Source of the DNA: an uncultured Candidatus Rokubacteria bacterium
GTDB taxonomy: Bacteria > Methylomirabilota > Methylomirabilia > Rokubacteriales > CSP1-6
Assembly (NCBI GenBank): GCA_963771355.1
Contig: CAVYTA010000006.1
Location: 1,056,001-1,120,000 of the forward strand
Length of the DNA: 64,000 nucleotides
Direction of reading: 5' to 3'
Part shown: positions 8,327-17,727 of the stretch, one piece after another
Position numbering within the stretch: the first letter of the stretch is position 1
Layout of the letters: each line of letters begins with the position of its first letter
Translations under genes and position numbers: made by a program
The notes under the pieces: model-generated
Seen by the model: the letters and a program-made list of their open reading frames with translations, nothing else
Databases searched by the model: none
What the model was told of the DNA's origin: nothing

Positions 8327-9556
8327 ACCTCCTCGTCTGCGCTCGGGTCGCCCTGCGCGCCCTGCGCGTGAATCCCCTGCGGAGCGCGCTCACCATGCTC
8401 GGCATCATCATCGGGGTGGGCGCGGTCATCGCCATGGTCTCGGTCGGCGCGGGCGCCCAGGCCCGCGTGGCCGAGCAGATCCGCGCCCTCGGCTCCAATC
8501 TCATCCTCATCCTGCCCGGCAGCGTGGCCACCACCGGGGTGCGGCTGGGCTTCGGCACCCGGCCGAGCATCACCCAGGAGGACGCCGTCGCCATCGCGCG
8601 CGAGGTGGGGTCCATTCAGGCCACCGCGCCGAGCGTGCGCGGCCGCGACCAGGTGATCTGGGGCAATACCAACTGGTCCACCGCCATCCAGGGCACCACC
8701 CCGGACTACGAAGAGGCCCGGCAGTGGCTGGTAGCCTCGGGCCGGTGGTTCAACCAGGAGGAGGCCGACGGCGCCGCCAAGGTTGTCCTCCTGGGCCAGA
8801 CCGTGGCGGAGAACGTCTTCGGCGGCGCCGACCCCGTGGGCGCGGTGGTGCGCGTGGCGGGCGTCCCGCTCACCGTGGTGGGCGTGCTCGAACGCAAGGG
8901 CCAGTCGAGCTGGGGCCAGGACCAGGACGACGTGGTGTTCATTCCCATCTGGACCGCCAACAAGCGGGTGCTGGGCCCGACCAAGCCGTCCGCCACCTCG
9001 GTGAACGCGATCACCGTCCGCGTGCGTGACGGCGAGAGCATGAAGGTGGCCGAGCAGGAGATCCGCGACCTTCTCCGCCAGCGGCACAAGCTGCAGGGCT
9101 ATCAGGAGGACGATTTCTGGATCCGCAACCTGTCCGAGATGCTCCAGGCCGAGGAGGCCTCGTCGCGGGTGCTCACCATGCTGCTGGCGGCGATCGCCTC
9201 GGTGTCCCTCATGGTGGGCGGCATCGGGATCATGAACATCATGCTGGTCTCGGTCACCGAGCGCACCCGTGAGATCGGCCTCCGCATGGCGGTGGGCGCC
9301 CGCGGCCGGGACATCCGGACCCAGTTCCTCGTGGAGGCGGTCACCCTCTCCCTCACCGGCGGCCTCATCGGCATCGCCATCGGGCTCGGCGGGATCCTAC
9401 GCCATCGCCTACTTCGCCGAGTGGCGGATCCTCATCAATCCCGAGGCCATCCTCCTCGCCTTCGGCTTCTCCGCCACGGTGGGCATCTTCTTCGGCTTCT
9501 ATCCCGCGCAGAAGGCCTCGCAGCTCAACCCCATCGAGGCCCTGAGATACGAATGA
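8323..9556 (+). CDS. MacB/FtsX-type ABC permease 1 (+1 frameshift near 9391)
   Basis: [13 protein letters not shown]...[16 protein letters not shown]. The conserved C-terminus ([21 protein letters not shown]) is in another frame. Confidence 0.85.
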
Positions 9557-9599
9557 CGGGACGCCGCCGTCGTTCCCGCGGGGCGCCGGGGCTCGCGGC

Positions 9600-10832
9600 G
9601 TGATCGTCCTCTCCTCGATTCGCATCGCGCTCCGCGCCCTGCGGGTGAATCCCCTCCGCAGCTCGCTCACCATGCTGGGCATCATCATCGGCGTGGGCGC
9701 GGTCATCGCCATGGTGTCGGTGGGCGCGGGCGCCCAGGCCCGCGTGGCCGAGCAGATCCGCGCGCTCGGCTCGAACCTCATCCTCATCCTCCCCGGCTTT
9801 TCCAATCAAGGCGGCGTCCGGCTGGGCTCGGGCACGCGCCCCACCATCACCAGCGAGGACACCGCGGCGATCCTCCGGGAGATCCCCTCCGTGCAGGCGG
9901 CGGCGCCCTCGGTGCGGGGCCGCGATCAGGTGATCTGGGGGAACACCAACTGGTCCACCAATATCCAGGGAACCAATGTCGACTACGAGGAGGCGCGCCA
10001 GTGGCCCGCCGCCTCCGGCCGCTGGTTCACGGTGGAGGAGTTCGAGGCGGGCGCCAAGGTGGTGCTGCTCGGCCAGACGGTGGTCGAGAACGTCTTCAAC
10101 GGCTCCGATCCCGAGGGTGCCGTGATCCGTGTCGCGGGCGTTCCCCTCACCGTCATCGGCGTGCTCGAGCGCAAGGGCCAGTCGAGCTGGGGCCAGGACC
10201 AGGACGATGTGATCGTCATCCCGCTCACCACCGCCAACCGACGGGTCATCGGCCCGCGCCAGCCGCTACCCACCTCGGTGAACGCCATCTCGGTCCGGGT
10301 GCGTGACGGCGAGAGCATGAAGGTCGCCGAGCAGGAGATCCGCGACCTTCTCCGCCAGCGGCACAAGCTGCAGGGCTATCAGGAGGACGACTTCTGGATG
10401 CGCAACCTGTCCGAGGTGCTCCAGGCCGAGGAGGCCTCGTCGCGGGTGCTCACCATGCTGCTGGCCGCCATCGCGTCGGTGGCGTTGATGGTGGGCGGCA
10501 TCGGGATCATGAACATCATGCTGGTCTCGGTCACCGAGCGCACCCGCGAGATCGGCCTCCGCATGGCGGTGGGCGCCCGCGGCCGGGACATCCGGACCCA
10601 GTTCCTCGTGGAGGCGGTCACCCTCTCCCTCACCGGGGGAATCGCGGGCATCGGGACCGGGCTCGCCGCCTCCTATGCCATCGCGTACTTCGCCGAGTGG
10701 CGGACCCTCATCCATCCCGAGGCGATCCTCCTCGCCTTCGGATTCTCCGCCGCGGTGGGCGTCTTCTTCGGCTTCTATCCCGCCCAGAAAGCCGCGCAGC
10801 TCAATCCCATCGAGGCCCTGAGGTACGAATGA
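9600..10832 (+). CDS. MacB/FtsX-type ABC permease 2
   Basis: Intact paralog of permease 1, ending [10 protein letters not shown]. Confidence 0.93.
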   Translation: MIVLSSIRIALRALRVNPLRSSLTMLGIIIGVGAVIAMVSVGAGAQARVAEQIRALGSNLILILPGFSNQGGVRLGSGTRPTITSEDTAAILREIPSVQAAAPSVRGRDQVIWGNTNWSTNIQGTNVDYEEARQWPAASGRWFTVEEFEAGAKVVLLGQTVVENVFNGSDPEGAVIRVAGVPLTVIGVLERKGQSSWGQDQDDVIVIPLTTANRRVIGPRQPLPTSVNAISVRVRDGESMKVAEQEIRDLLRQRHKLQGYQEDDFWMRNLSEVLQAEEASSRVLTMLLAAIASVALMVGGIGIMNIMLVSVTERTREIGLRMAVGARGRDIRTQFLVEAVTLSLTGGIAGIGTGLAASYAIAYFAEWRTLIHPEAILLAFGFSAAVGVFFGFYPAQKAAQLNPIEALRYE

Positions 10833-11224
10833 TCCCACGCTCCGTCCGTTCCACCGCGACGCTGCTCGTCGCCCTCGCTCTCGGTGCGCCGCTTCTCGCG
10901 CCGCCCGTCCTCGCGCAAACCTATACGCCCCAGTCCGCCGCCGCGCTCAGCGTGACCTTCTCGGTCGAGCGCGTCGGCGGCGGACGGGTCATCCTCTTCG
11001 GCGATGTGCGCAACGGCTCCTCGTCTTCCTACGAGCGGGTGGTGCTCCTCGCCGAGGGGCTCGACGAGCAGGGCGCGGTGGTGAGCCGCGGGCGCGCCTA
11101 TGTCAGCGGCGTGGTGCCGGGGCGGGGCGCCGCGCCCTTCGAGGTCCGGATCCCGTCGGGCGGACGCGAAAAACGCTTCCGGGTCACCGTCGAGGCGTAC
11201 CAGATCGCCGGGCAGAGCCCCTGA
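10829..11224 (+). CDS. Secreted hypothetical protein (FxLYD-like beta-sandwich)
   Basis: ATGA overlap with the permease stop; signal peptide; pattern G-x-VRN...V-x-L...GLD-x-x-G...PF-x-V. Confidence 0.6.
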   Translation: MIPRSVRSTATLLVALALGAPLLAPPVLAQTYTPQSAAALSVTFSVERVGGGRVILFGDVRNGSSSSYERVVLLAEGLDEQGAVVSRGRAYVSGVVPGRGAAPFEVRIPSGGREKRFRVTVEAYQIAGQSP

Positions 11225-11234
11225 CCGGGGCGGT

Positions 11235-11759
11235 GTGACGCGCCGGCGCGCGAGCAAGCGTTCCCGGACTGCCCGGGTTCCCCGGCGCCGTCGACCTCTG
11301 CCCCCCGTGCCCCCTGTGCCGCTCGCGCCCGCCGCGCCCCCCGCCGCCAAGGTCGAGGAGCGGGCGCTCCCCATCGTGCGCGAGCTCGCGCGGGTCGCCC
11401 GCAGCGGCGATGCGCCGATCGTGAAGCTGGAGGGCGCCCTGGAGGTGCTCTTCGGCGCCTATGGCGAAGGCGATCCTCATCTCTCCGAGCTCCTGGTGGA
11501 CGGCTGGTCGCGCGCGCGCGACGACAAGCAGTTCCGCCTCACCATGGCCTGGCTGCGAGAGCAGAGCCGGCTGTCGCTCGAGGAGATCCTGGAGGAAGGC
11601 ATGGCGGAGGGCGCCTTCCAGGCCGGGCTCGACACCGGCGCGGTGGCGGCGACCATACTCGGCGCGGCGGAGGGCTGCCTGCTCCAGGCGCCGAGCTCCG
11701 GGGGCCCGGTGGCGCCGTCCCGGCTGGTTCGCACCTTGCTCGCGCTGGTGCGGGGATAG
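11235..11759 (+). CDS. TetR C-terminal-like domain protein lacking an HTH
   Basis: ILEEGMAEGAFQAGLDTGAVAATILGAAEG resembles TetR C-terminal domains; the N-terminus is Arg/Pro-rich. GTG start is uncertain. Confidence 0.55.
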   Translation: MTRRRASKRSRTARVPRRRRPLPPVPPVPLAPAAPPAAKVEERALPIVRELARVARSGDAPIVKLEGALEVLFGAYGEGDPHLSELLVDGWSRARDDKQFRLTMAWLREQSRLSLEEILEEGMAEGAFQAGLDTGAVAATILGAAEGCLLQAPSSGGPVAPSRLVRTLLALVRG

Positions 11760-11767
11760 CTCGCGCG

Positions 11768-12139
11768 TCAGCGGGGCTTGAGCTCGATCAGGTAGCCGTC
11801 CGGGTCCCGGAGATAGAGCGAGGGCCCGGTTCCGAACGCGCCCCGCCGGGTCACCACGCCTCCTTCCAGCGCCACCCCTCGGGCTCGGAGGCTCTCGGCG
11901 AGCGCGGGCAAATCGTCGCACCGGATGGACAGGCAGAAGTGGTCCATTCCCTCGGGGCCGCGCTCGCCGGGCAGGAGATCGATGAGGTTGGCCCCGAAGC
12001 GGAGCTGCACCAGCCGGATGGGCTCGTTGACGTGGTCCAGGGTGCAGCCCAGCACGCCGGTGTAGAAGCGCTGCGACGCCGCCTGATCGTGCACGCGGAG
12101 AACGACGTGATCCAGCCCCAGCGGCTCGAACCCGGTCAT
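11768..12139 (-). CDS. VOC/glyoxalase family protein
   Basis: LDHVVLRV...FYTGVLG...DHFCL...LYLRDPDGYLIEL. Confidence 0.88.
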   Translation of the reverse strand: MTGFEPLGLDHVVLRVHDQAASQRFYTGVLGCTLDHVNEPIRLVQLRFGANLIDLLPGERGPEGMDHFCLSIRCDDLPALAESLRARGVALEGGVVTRRGAFGTGPSLYLRDPDGYLIELKPR

Positions 12140-12609
12140 GGGACCTCCCGGCTGCCGCGCGCCTCGAGCGCCAGCAGCACGGCCCCCGACATCATGATCG
12201 CGAGGCCGGCCATGGTGGAAAGCCCGTGCACGCGCCCGAAGCGGACGGCTTCCGGCGCGTCCGGTGTCCCCGCGGCGCGCGCCGCGAGTGCCCGGTCCCG
12301 GAGCGCCGCCGCCTCGGGCATGAGCCCGAACAGGGACCACGCGGTGAGGGCCAGCATGAGCAGCACAAGGACCAGCGGCAGCCGATCCGTCCAGCGGGGC
12401 GCGCGCCGGCGCCCGCGGGCGACGATGCCCGTTACGGCCAGCAGCCCCAGCGCCAGGCCCACCCAGTAGGAGCGCGACAGCACCGCCGTGACGAGCCGCG
12501 CGGCACTGGGTCGGTCCAGGGTGGCGAATGCCGCCGGCGCCACCACAAAGACGAAGAACCCCAGCATGCCCAGCCACAGCGCGATTGACACGAGGGTCAA
12601 GGTTCTCAT
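12136..12609 (-). CDS. DUF4149-like membrane protein
   Basis: LWLG...FVVAPAAFATL...FGRVHGLS pattern with 4 TM helices; ATGA coupling to the VOC gene. Confidence 0.75.
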   Translation of the reverse strand: MRTLTLVSIALWLGMLGFFVFVVAPAAFATLDRPSAARLVTAVLSRSYWVGLALGLLAVTGIVARGRRRAPRWTDRLPLVLVLLMLALTAWSLFGLMPEAAALRDRALAARAAGTPDAPEAVRFGRVHGLSTMAGLAIMMSGAVLLALEARGSREVP

Positions 12610-12660
12610 CGACCGGGATGGCTCTCCGTGAGAGGTCGCTGGAGATGGTAGCATGGGCCC

Positions 12661-13404
12661 GTGCGCGCCGTCCTCCTGCTCGTGGCCACGTTGCTCGCGC
12701 CGCCCGCGGGCGGGACCGCGCAGGCGCAGTCTCCCCTCGCCGCCGAGCTCCGCGCCTTCGCGTCCCGCTATCACGAGGACCCGCCGCGGCTCGACACGCT
12801 CTACACGGGGCTCACCGAAGCGCTCAAGACGGACTCTCACCTCGACAACTTTCTTGCCCTCGCGCAGGCCGCCTTTCTCTGGGGCGACATCCGCGCCCGC
12901 ACCGTGGAGGACAAGCTGGCGGCCTATGAGCGCGGCCGGCAGGCCGGCCAGCGCGCCGTCGAGCTCGCGCCGCGGAACGCCCTGGCTCACCTCTGGCTGG
13001 CGGTCAATGCGGGCCGATGGGGGCAGACCAAGGGCGTGCTTCGCTCGCTGTTCCTCCTCCCCACCGTGCGCGAGCACATGGAGGCGGCGCTGGAGCTGGA
13101 TCCCCGGCTGGTCCCCGCCTATACGCTCGCGGGCACGGTGTACGCGGAGGTGCCCGGACTCTTCGGGGGAGACTTGGAGAAGTCGGAAGCGCTCTTCCGC
13201 AAGGGGCTCGCGCTGGACCCTCGCTGGACGGGCGCCCGGGTCGGCCTCGCGCGCACCCTGCTCAAGCGCGGGCGCCGCGACGAGGCCCGGCGGGAGCTGG
13301 AAGCAGTGGTGGCGGAGCGCGCGCCCCGCAACCTCGCCGACTGGACGCTGAAGGACTCCCGCGACGCGCGCGACCTCCTCGCCGCCCTGGCCAAGGCTCA
13401 ATGA
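12661..13404 (+). CDS. Secreted tetratricopeptide-repeat protein
   Basis: Signal peptide and TPR-like repeats (AVELAPRNALAHLWLA, ALELDP, GLALDP). Confidence 0.75.
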   Translation: MRAVLLLVATLLAPPAGGTAQAQSPLAAELRAFASRYHEDPPRLDTLYTGLTEALKTDSHLDNFLALAQAAFLWGDIRARTVEDKLAAYERGRQAGQRAVELAPRNALAHLWLAVNAGRWGQTKGVLRSLFLLPTVREHMEAALELDPRLVPAYTLAGTVYAEVPGLFGGDLEKSEALFRKGLALDPRWTGARVGLARTLLKRGRRDEARRELEAVVAERAPRNLADWTLKDSRDARDLLAALAKAQ

Positions 13405-14081
13405 TACGGGGTCGCCCCGCGACGAACGCGCGTCCGGTCATCGGGCGTCTCATCGCGCGGCTGCGCCGAGAGCAGCCGGGCTGGCGAACCACTTCCCTCG
13501 CGGAGGTGGCGGCCGAACGCCGCGACCCGTTCCACGTGCTGATCGCCTGCGTGCTGTCGCTCCGTACCAAGGACGAGACCACGGGGCCCGCCGCCGCCCG
13601 CCTCTTCCGCCTCGCCGACACCCCCGAGGCCATGGGGCGCCTGGCGCGGCGTCAGATCGAGCGCGCGATCTATCCGGTGGGCTTCTATCGCACCAAGGCG
13701 CGCGTCATTCTCGGCATCTGCGCCGATCTCCTCGCGCGCTACGGGGGGCGCGTGCCCGACCGCATCGACGATCTCCTCACGCTGAAGGGCGTGGGGCGAA
13801 AGACCGCCAACCTGGTGGTGACGGTGGGCTTCGGCAAGCCGGGGATCTGCGTGGACGTCCACGTCCATCGGATCTCGAACCGGTGGGGCTTCATCCAAAC
13901 CCGGACGCCCGAGGAGAGCGAGCGGGCGCTCCGGGCGCGCCTGCCGCGGCGCTACTGGATCGGCTACAACGACCTGCTGGTGGCCTTCGGCCAGAACATC
14001 TGCCAGCCCGTGTCGCCGCGCTGCTCCACCTGCCCCGTGGCCGTCGCCTGTCCGCGCGTGGGGGTCACGCGCTCCCGCTGA
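13401..14081 (+). CDS. nth: Endonuclease III
   Basis: HhH LKGVGRKTANLV, VDVHVHRI, and 4Fe-4S motif CQPVSPRCSTCPVAVAC. Confidence 0.93.
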   Translation: MIRGRPATNARPVIGRLIARLRREQPGWRTTSLAEVAAERRDPFHVLIACVLSLRTKDETTGPAAARLFRLADTPEAMGRLARRQIERAIYPVGFYRTKARVILGICADLLARYGGRVPDRIDDLLTLKGVGRKTANLVVTVGFGKPGICVDVHVHRISNRWGFIQTRTPEESERALRARLPRRYWIGYNDLLVAFGQNICQPVSPRCSTCPVAVACPRVGVTRSR

Positions 14082-14088
14082 GCCGCGC

Positions 14089-14751
14089 TCACGCGTCCAG
14101 GGCCCGCTCGAGGGAAGCGAGCTCGTCTCGCACCCGCCGCAGCCGCCGCGTGAGCGCCGGGCCCCGCGGGCGCGTCCGCAACAGCCCGCCCTCCAGCACG
14201 GAGAGGAAGGCCGCCGAGATCTCCTCGGCGCCCCACCGGCCGGCCGGGTTGTACCACTTGTAGAGCCAGTTCAGCATGCCCAGCATCCCAAACACCACCA
14301 GCCGCGCCGGCACGTCGCGGAACACGCCCCGGCGCACCCCTTCCGTGACGAGCGCCTCCACCCCCTTGTCGTAGCGGTCCTTCTGGGCGGCCAGCAAGCG
14401 CGCGAACCGCGGCGGCAGGTTGGCCTCCTCGCTGAAGAACACGGTGAGGAATGATCGGTTGGCGATCACGAAGCGCACGTGCTGCCGGACCACGCGCCGC
14501 AGCTTCTCCTCGGGGGGGAGATCGGAGCGCAGCACCAGCCCCAGCTCGCGGGTGAAGCCCTCGATGGTCTCCCGCGAGATGGCGGCCAGCATCTCCTCCT
14601 TGGCGCGAAAATAAGCGTAGAGGGAGGCCTTGGACATGGCGAGCCGGCGGGCGATGTCGTCCAGGGTGGAGGCGCGGTAGCCGCGCTCTCGGAAGAGGTC
14701 GGCGGCGGTCCGGAGGATCTGGTCCCGCACCGCCTGGCGCCGCGGCTTCAT
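14089..14751 (-). CDS. TetR/AcrR family regulator (KstR2-like C-terminus)
   Basis: HTH LDDIARRLAMSKASLYAYF; GMLNWLYKWY. Confidence 0.92.
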   Translation of the reverse strand: MKPRRQAVRDQILRTAADLFRERGYRASTLDDIARRLAMSKASLYAYFRAKEEMLAAISRETIEGFTRELGLVLRSDLPPEEKLRRVVRQHVRFVIANRSFLTVFFSEEANLPPRFARLLAAQKDRYDKGVEALVTEGVRRGVFRDVPARLVVFGMLGMLNWLYKWYNPAGRWGAEEISAAFLSVLEGGLLRTRPRGPALTRRLRRVRDELASLERALDA

Positions 14752-14764
14752 GGAGGCAGTCTAC

Positions 14765-14826
14765 TTGACCGGCGGCGGAGCCTCGTGGTAAAAACTCGTA
14801 AGTCCAGTTTCCCGACTTTCGAGTTT
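14765..14826 (+). promoter_or_regulatory. Candidate promoter and inverted-repeat operator between TetR and the diiron gene
   Basis: TTGACC at 14765; arms AAACTCGTAAGTC (14792-14804) and GACTTTCGAGTTT (14814-14826) with 1 mismatch. Confidence 0.6.
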
Positions 14827-14853
14827 CCACCCCCGGGTACAGGAGAGGCCCCC

Positions 14854-15837
14854 ATGAGCGACGCCATGGATCGCCGCGTGATTCCCAGCACCCTCGACAC
14901 GGTGTTCGAGTTCGACTACACCGTCCAGGCCGAGGACATGCGCGGCCTGTACGAGAAGGCCAAGCGCGACCAGTGGAACGCCAGCCGCGACATCGCCTGG
15001 GCCACCCCCGAGCCCTCCGACGGCCGCGTCCTCGCCGATGAGCTGGTGGACATCCACGGGAGCCCCCTCTGGGAGCGCCTCAGCGAGAAGGACCGCGTGG
15101 AGCTGAACCGCCGCATCACCGCGTGGCGGCTCTCCGTGCTGGTGTACGGGGAGCAGGGCGCCATGCTCGCCTGCAGCCAGCTGGTGGACACCGTAGCCGG
15201 CGCCGACGCCAAGTTCTTCCAGGCCACCCAGGTCATGGACGAGGCCCGGCACAATGAGGTACTCGAGCGCTACATCCAGCATCGGCTGGGCGGGCTGCAC
15301 TACCCCATGCCCGAGAACGAGCGCTTCCTCTTCGACGCCATCCTCACGGACTCGCGCTGGTACATCAAGACCATCGCGCTGCAGCTGGTGGCGGAAACCT
15401 TCGCGGTCTCCATGTTCCGGATGATGCAGGAGTGCGCCGTCGACCCGCTGCTGGGCGAGGTGTGCGGCCGCATCCTCCAGGACGAGTCGCGGCACATGGG
15501 CTTCGGCATGCTGGCTCTACCCGCCATCGTGAAGGAAGCGAGCGCCCGGGAGCGCGAGGAGATGGAGGACTTCACCTGCACCGCGGTGGAAAAGGTCCTC
15601 ACCGGATTCTTCCCCATCGACGTCTACCGGGATATGGGGTTCTCGCCCGCGCAGATCGCCGAGGTCCAGACCTACCGGCGGGGCGTGGCGGCGCGAAACG
15701 ACTACGCCGTGTTCCGGAAGCACTTCCGGCGCGAGATGCACGCCGCCATGGTCACGAACCTCGCGCGCATCGGGCTCCTCACCGAGCGGGTGCGGCCGCG
15801 GCTGGCCGCGCTGGGGATCACGCTGCCCGCCGTCTAG
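14854..15837 (+). CDS. Ferritin-like diiron protein (AurF/N-oxygenase-like)
   Basis: Diiron ligand spacing GEQGA...DEARH...E...DESRH; RBS AGGAGA. Confidence 0.8.
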   Translation: MSDAMDRRVIPSTLDTVFEFDYTVQAEDMRGLYEKAKRDQWNASRDIAWATPEPSDGRVLADELVDIHGSPLWERLSEKDRVELNRRITAWRLSVLVYGEQGAMLACSQLVDTVAGADAKFFQATQVMDEARHNEVLERYIQHRLGGLHYPMPENERFLFDAILTDSRWYIKTIALQLVAETFAVSMFRMMQECAVDPLLGEVCGRILQDESRHMGFGMLALPAIVKEASAREREEMEDFTCTAVEKVLTGFFPIDVYRDMGFSPAQIAEVQTYRRGVAARNDYAVFRKHFRREMHAAMVTNLARIGLLTERVRPRLAALGITLPAV

Positions 15838-16307
15838 CCCAGCAGCACCCGAAGACGCATCTCGCGGTGGGCGAAGGCGGCGACGAGGCGCCGCTCGCCC
15901 CCCAGGCCGTGCAGGGCATTCCCCAGCGCGCCCCCCGGCAGCCGGTACGTCACCCGGTCCTCCACCCACGTGCCCGCCCGCGCGGTGGGGAGGTCCTCCT
16001 CGGGCCCCTCCAGGAATCGATGGCGATGCTCCCAGCGCGCGAAGGGACCGCGGACCTGCGCGTCCACGAAGCGATAGGGCGCGTCCCACTCGCGCACCAC
16101 CATCCTCCACCGGGTGGGCACCCCGAAGATGGAGAGGCGGAAGTCGAGCACCGCGCCCGCCCCGAGCGCCGGCGGCGGGACCAGCCAGCGCAGGCGCGCG
16201 CGCGGGGGGCTCACGCGCTCGAGGTGATGGGGATCGGCGAAGAAGGCGAAGACCTCGGCACGTGGTCGGGGCAGCCAGAATCGCGTCTCGAGGACGTGGT
16301 CGGCCAT
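15834..16307 (-). CDS. SRPBCC/START family protein
   Basis: VFAFFADP...FVDAQVRGPFARWEHRHRF...DRVTYRLP. Confidence 0.85.
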   Translation of the reverse strand: MADHVLETRFWLPRPRAEVFAFFADPHHLERVSPPRARLRWLVPPPALGAGAVLDFRLSIFGVPTRWRMVVREWDAPYRFVDAQVRGPFARWEHRHRFLEGPEEDLPTARAGTWVEDRVTYRLPGGALGNALHGLGGERRLVAAFAHREMRLRVLLG

Positions 16308-16330
16308 GCGCGACGGGCTATCATACGCAG

Positions 16331-17263
16331 GTGCCGTCCGGCCGTCAAACCCGTCCCTACCTGATCCTGAGCCTGATCGCCGCCCTCTGGGGCTCCTACC
16401 CCGTCTTCGCCAAGATCGCGCTCGTCCACTTCCCGCCCTACGTGCTCGTCGCGCTCCGCACCAGTCTCGCCTCCGCCTTCCTCGCCGTGCTGCTCTTCCG
16501 TCGGGGCTTCGATGATTTCCGCGCGCTGTCCTGGGGGGACCTGCGCGTCTTCGCCCTCCTCGGCTTCACCGGGATCTTCGTGTCCACCGGCGGGACGTAT
16601 CTCGGCATCGCCTTCACGACCGCCTCCAGCGCGGCCCTGCTCCAGGCGGCCTCGCCGGTGATGGTGGCGATCGGGGCGTGGCTCTATCTGAGCGAGCGGC
16701 TACGCCGGCGCCAGTGGGCGGGGGTGATCCTGTCGGCGCTGGGGGTGCTCCTGGTGGTGACGCGCGGGAGCTGGCGGGCCATCGTGCACTTCGAGCTCCT
16801 GCCCGGCGACTTCATCCTCCTGCTGAGCCAGGCCGGCTGGGCCGTGTACACCGTGTACGGCAAGCGAGTGCTCGCCGTGCACTCACCCGCCGTCGCCACC
16901 ACCGCGGCCTATGTCCTGGGCTCGCTGATGCTGCTGCCGGTGCCCTTCATCACCGCGCGGTTCTTCCCCGCCCCCGACTGGGGTTCACCGGTGGCCTGGA
17001 GCGTGGTGGCCATCCAGGGTGTCCTGGGCGCGATCGCGCATGTGTGGTGGTACGAGGGGGTGCACCGCGTGGGCGCGAGCCGCGCCGCGATCTTCATGAA
17101 CCTGCAGCCGGTGGTGGGCGTCCTGCTCGCATGGCTCATGCTGGGAGAGACCATCGAGCCCGCCGAGATCGTGGGCGGGCTCGCCGTGCTCACGGGCGTG
17201 GGGCTGACGACCCGGGCGGGGCAGCGGGCGACGGGGCCCACCCCGCCCCGCCCCGCCACCTAG
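16331..17263 (+). CDS. DMT/EamA family transporter
   Basis: About 10 TM helices; two EamA halves; FMNLQPVVG. Confidence 0.9.
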   Translation: MPSGRQTRPYLILSLIAALWGSYPVFAKIALVHFPPYVLVALRTSLASAFLAVLLFRRGFDDFRALSWGDLRVFALLGFTGIFVSTGGTYLGIAFTTASSAALLQAASPVMVAIGAWLYLSERLRRRQWAGVILSALGVLLVVTRGSWRAIVHFELLPGDFILLLSQAGWAVYTVYGKRVLAVHSPAVATTAAYVLGSLMLLPVPFITARFFPAPDWGSPVAWSVVAIQGVLGAIAHVWWYEGVHRVGASRAAIFMNLQPVVGVLLAWLMLGETIEPAEIVGGLAVLTGVGLTTRAGQRATGPTPPRPAT

Positions 17264-17727
17264 CCGATCTTCTTGACCTGCGCCAGGATCTTGTCGGGAT
17301 CGGGCAGCTCACCGCGCGCGTAGCGCTCGACGAAGCGCACGATACCCTGCGAATCCACGATGAAGGTCGCCCGAACGTTGGCGTTCCAGTCCGGCCAGTA
17401 CACGCCGTAGTCCTTGGCTACCGTCCGGTGCGCGTCGGACAGCAGCGGGTAGTGCGAGATGCCCACGGACTTGGCCCAGTTCTCGTGGCTGAAGGGGCTG
17501 TCCGTACTGATACCCAGCACCTGGGTATTCGCCGCCTCGAAATCGCTCACACGTTGATCGAAGGCGGGCATGCACTTGGATCAGCCGGGCGTCCAGTCCA
17601 GCGGGTAGAACAGGAGCACGACGTTCTTGCCCCGCAAGTCCCGGAGACTCGTCTCCTTGAGCCCGATGCCCTTGAGCGTGAAATCGGGGGCGGGGTCTCC
17701 CACCGCGAGGGTCTTGTCTTCGCTCAT
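17260..17727 (-). CDS. Selenocysteine-containing peroxiredoxin (AhpC/TSA family); TGA at 17581-17583 read as Sec
   Basis: Continuous frame GDPAPDFTL...LLFYPLDWTPG-TGA-SKCMPAF...VLGISTDSPFSH...PLLSD...RATFIVD. The TGA occupies the peroxidatic Cys position of PxxxTxxC. Confidence 0.88.
17532..17567 (-). promoter_or_regulatory. Candidate bacterial SECIS hairpin
   Basis: CCGCCUUCGAUC...GAUUUCGAGGCGG stem starting about 13 nt after the UGA. Confidence 0.55.

Noticed and set aside
17260..17571. Separate 103-aa ORF, or a Prx pseudogene
   Set aside because: It is the C-terminal part of the Sec-containing Prx; the stop falls exactly on the catalytic residue.
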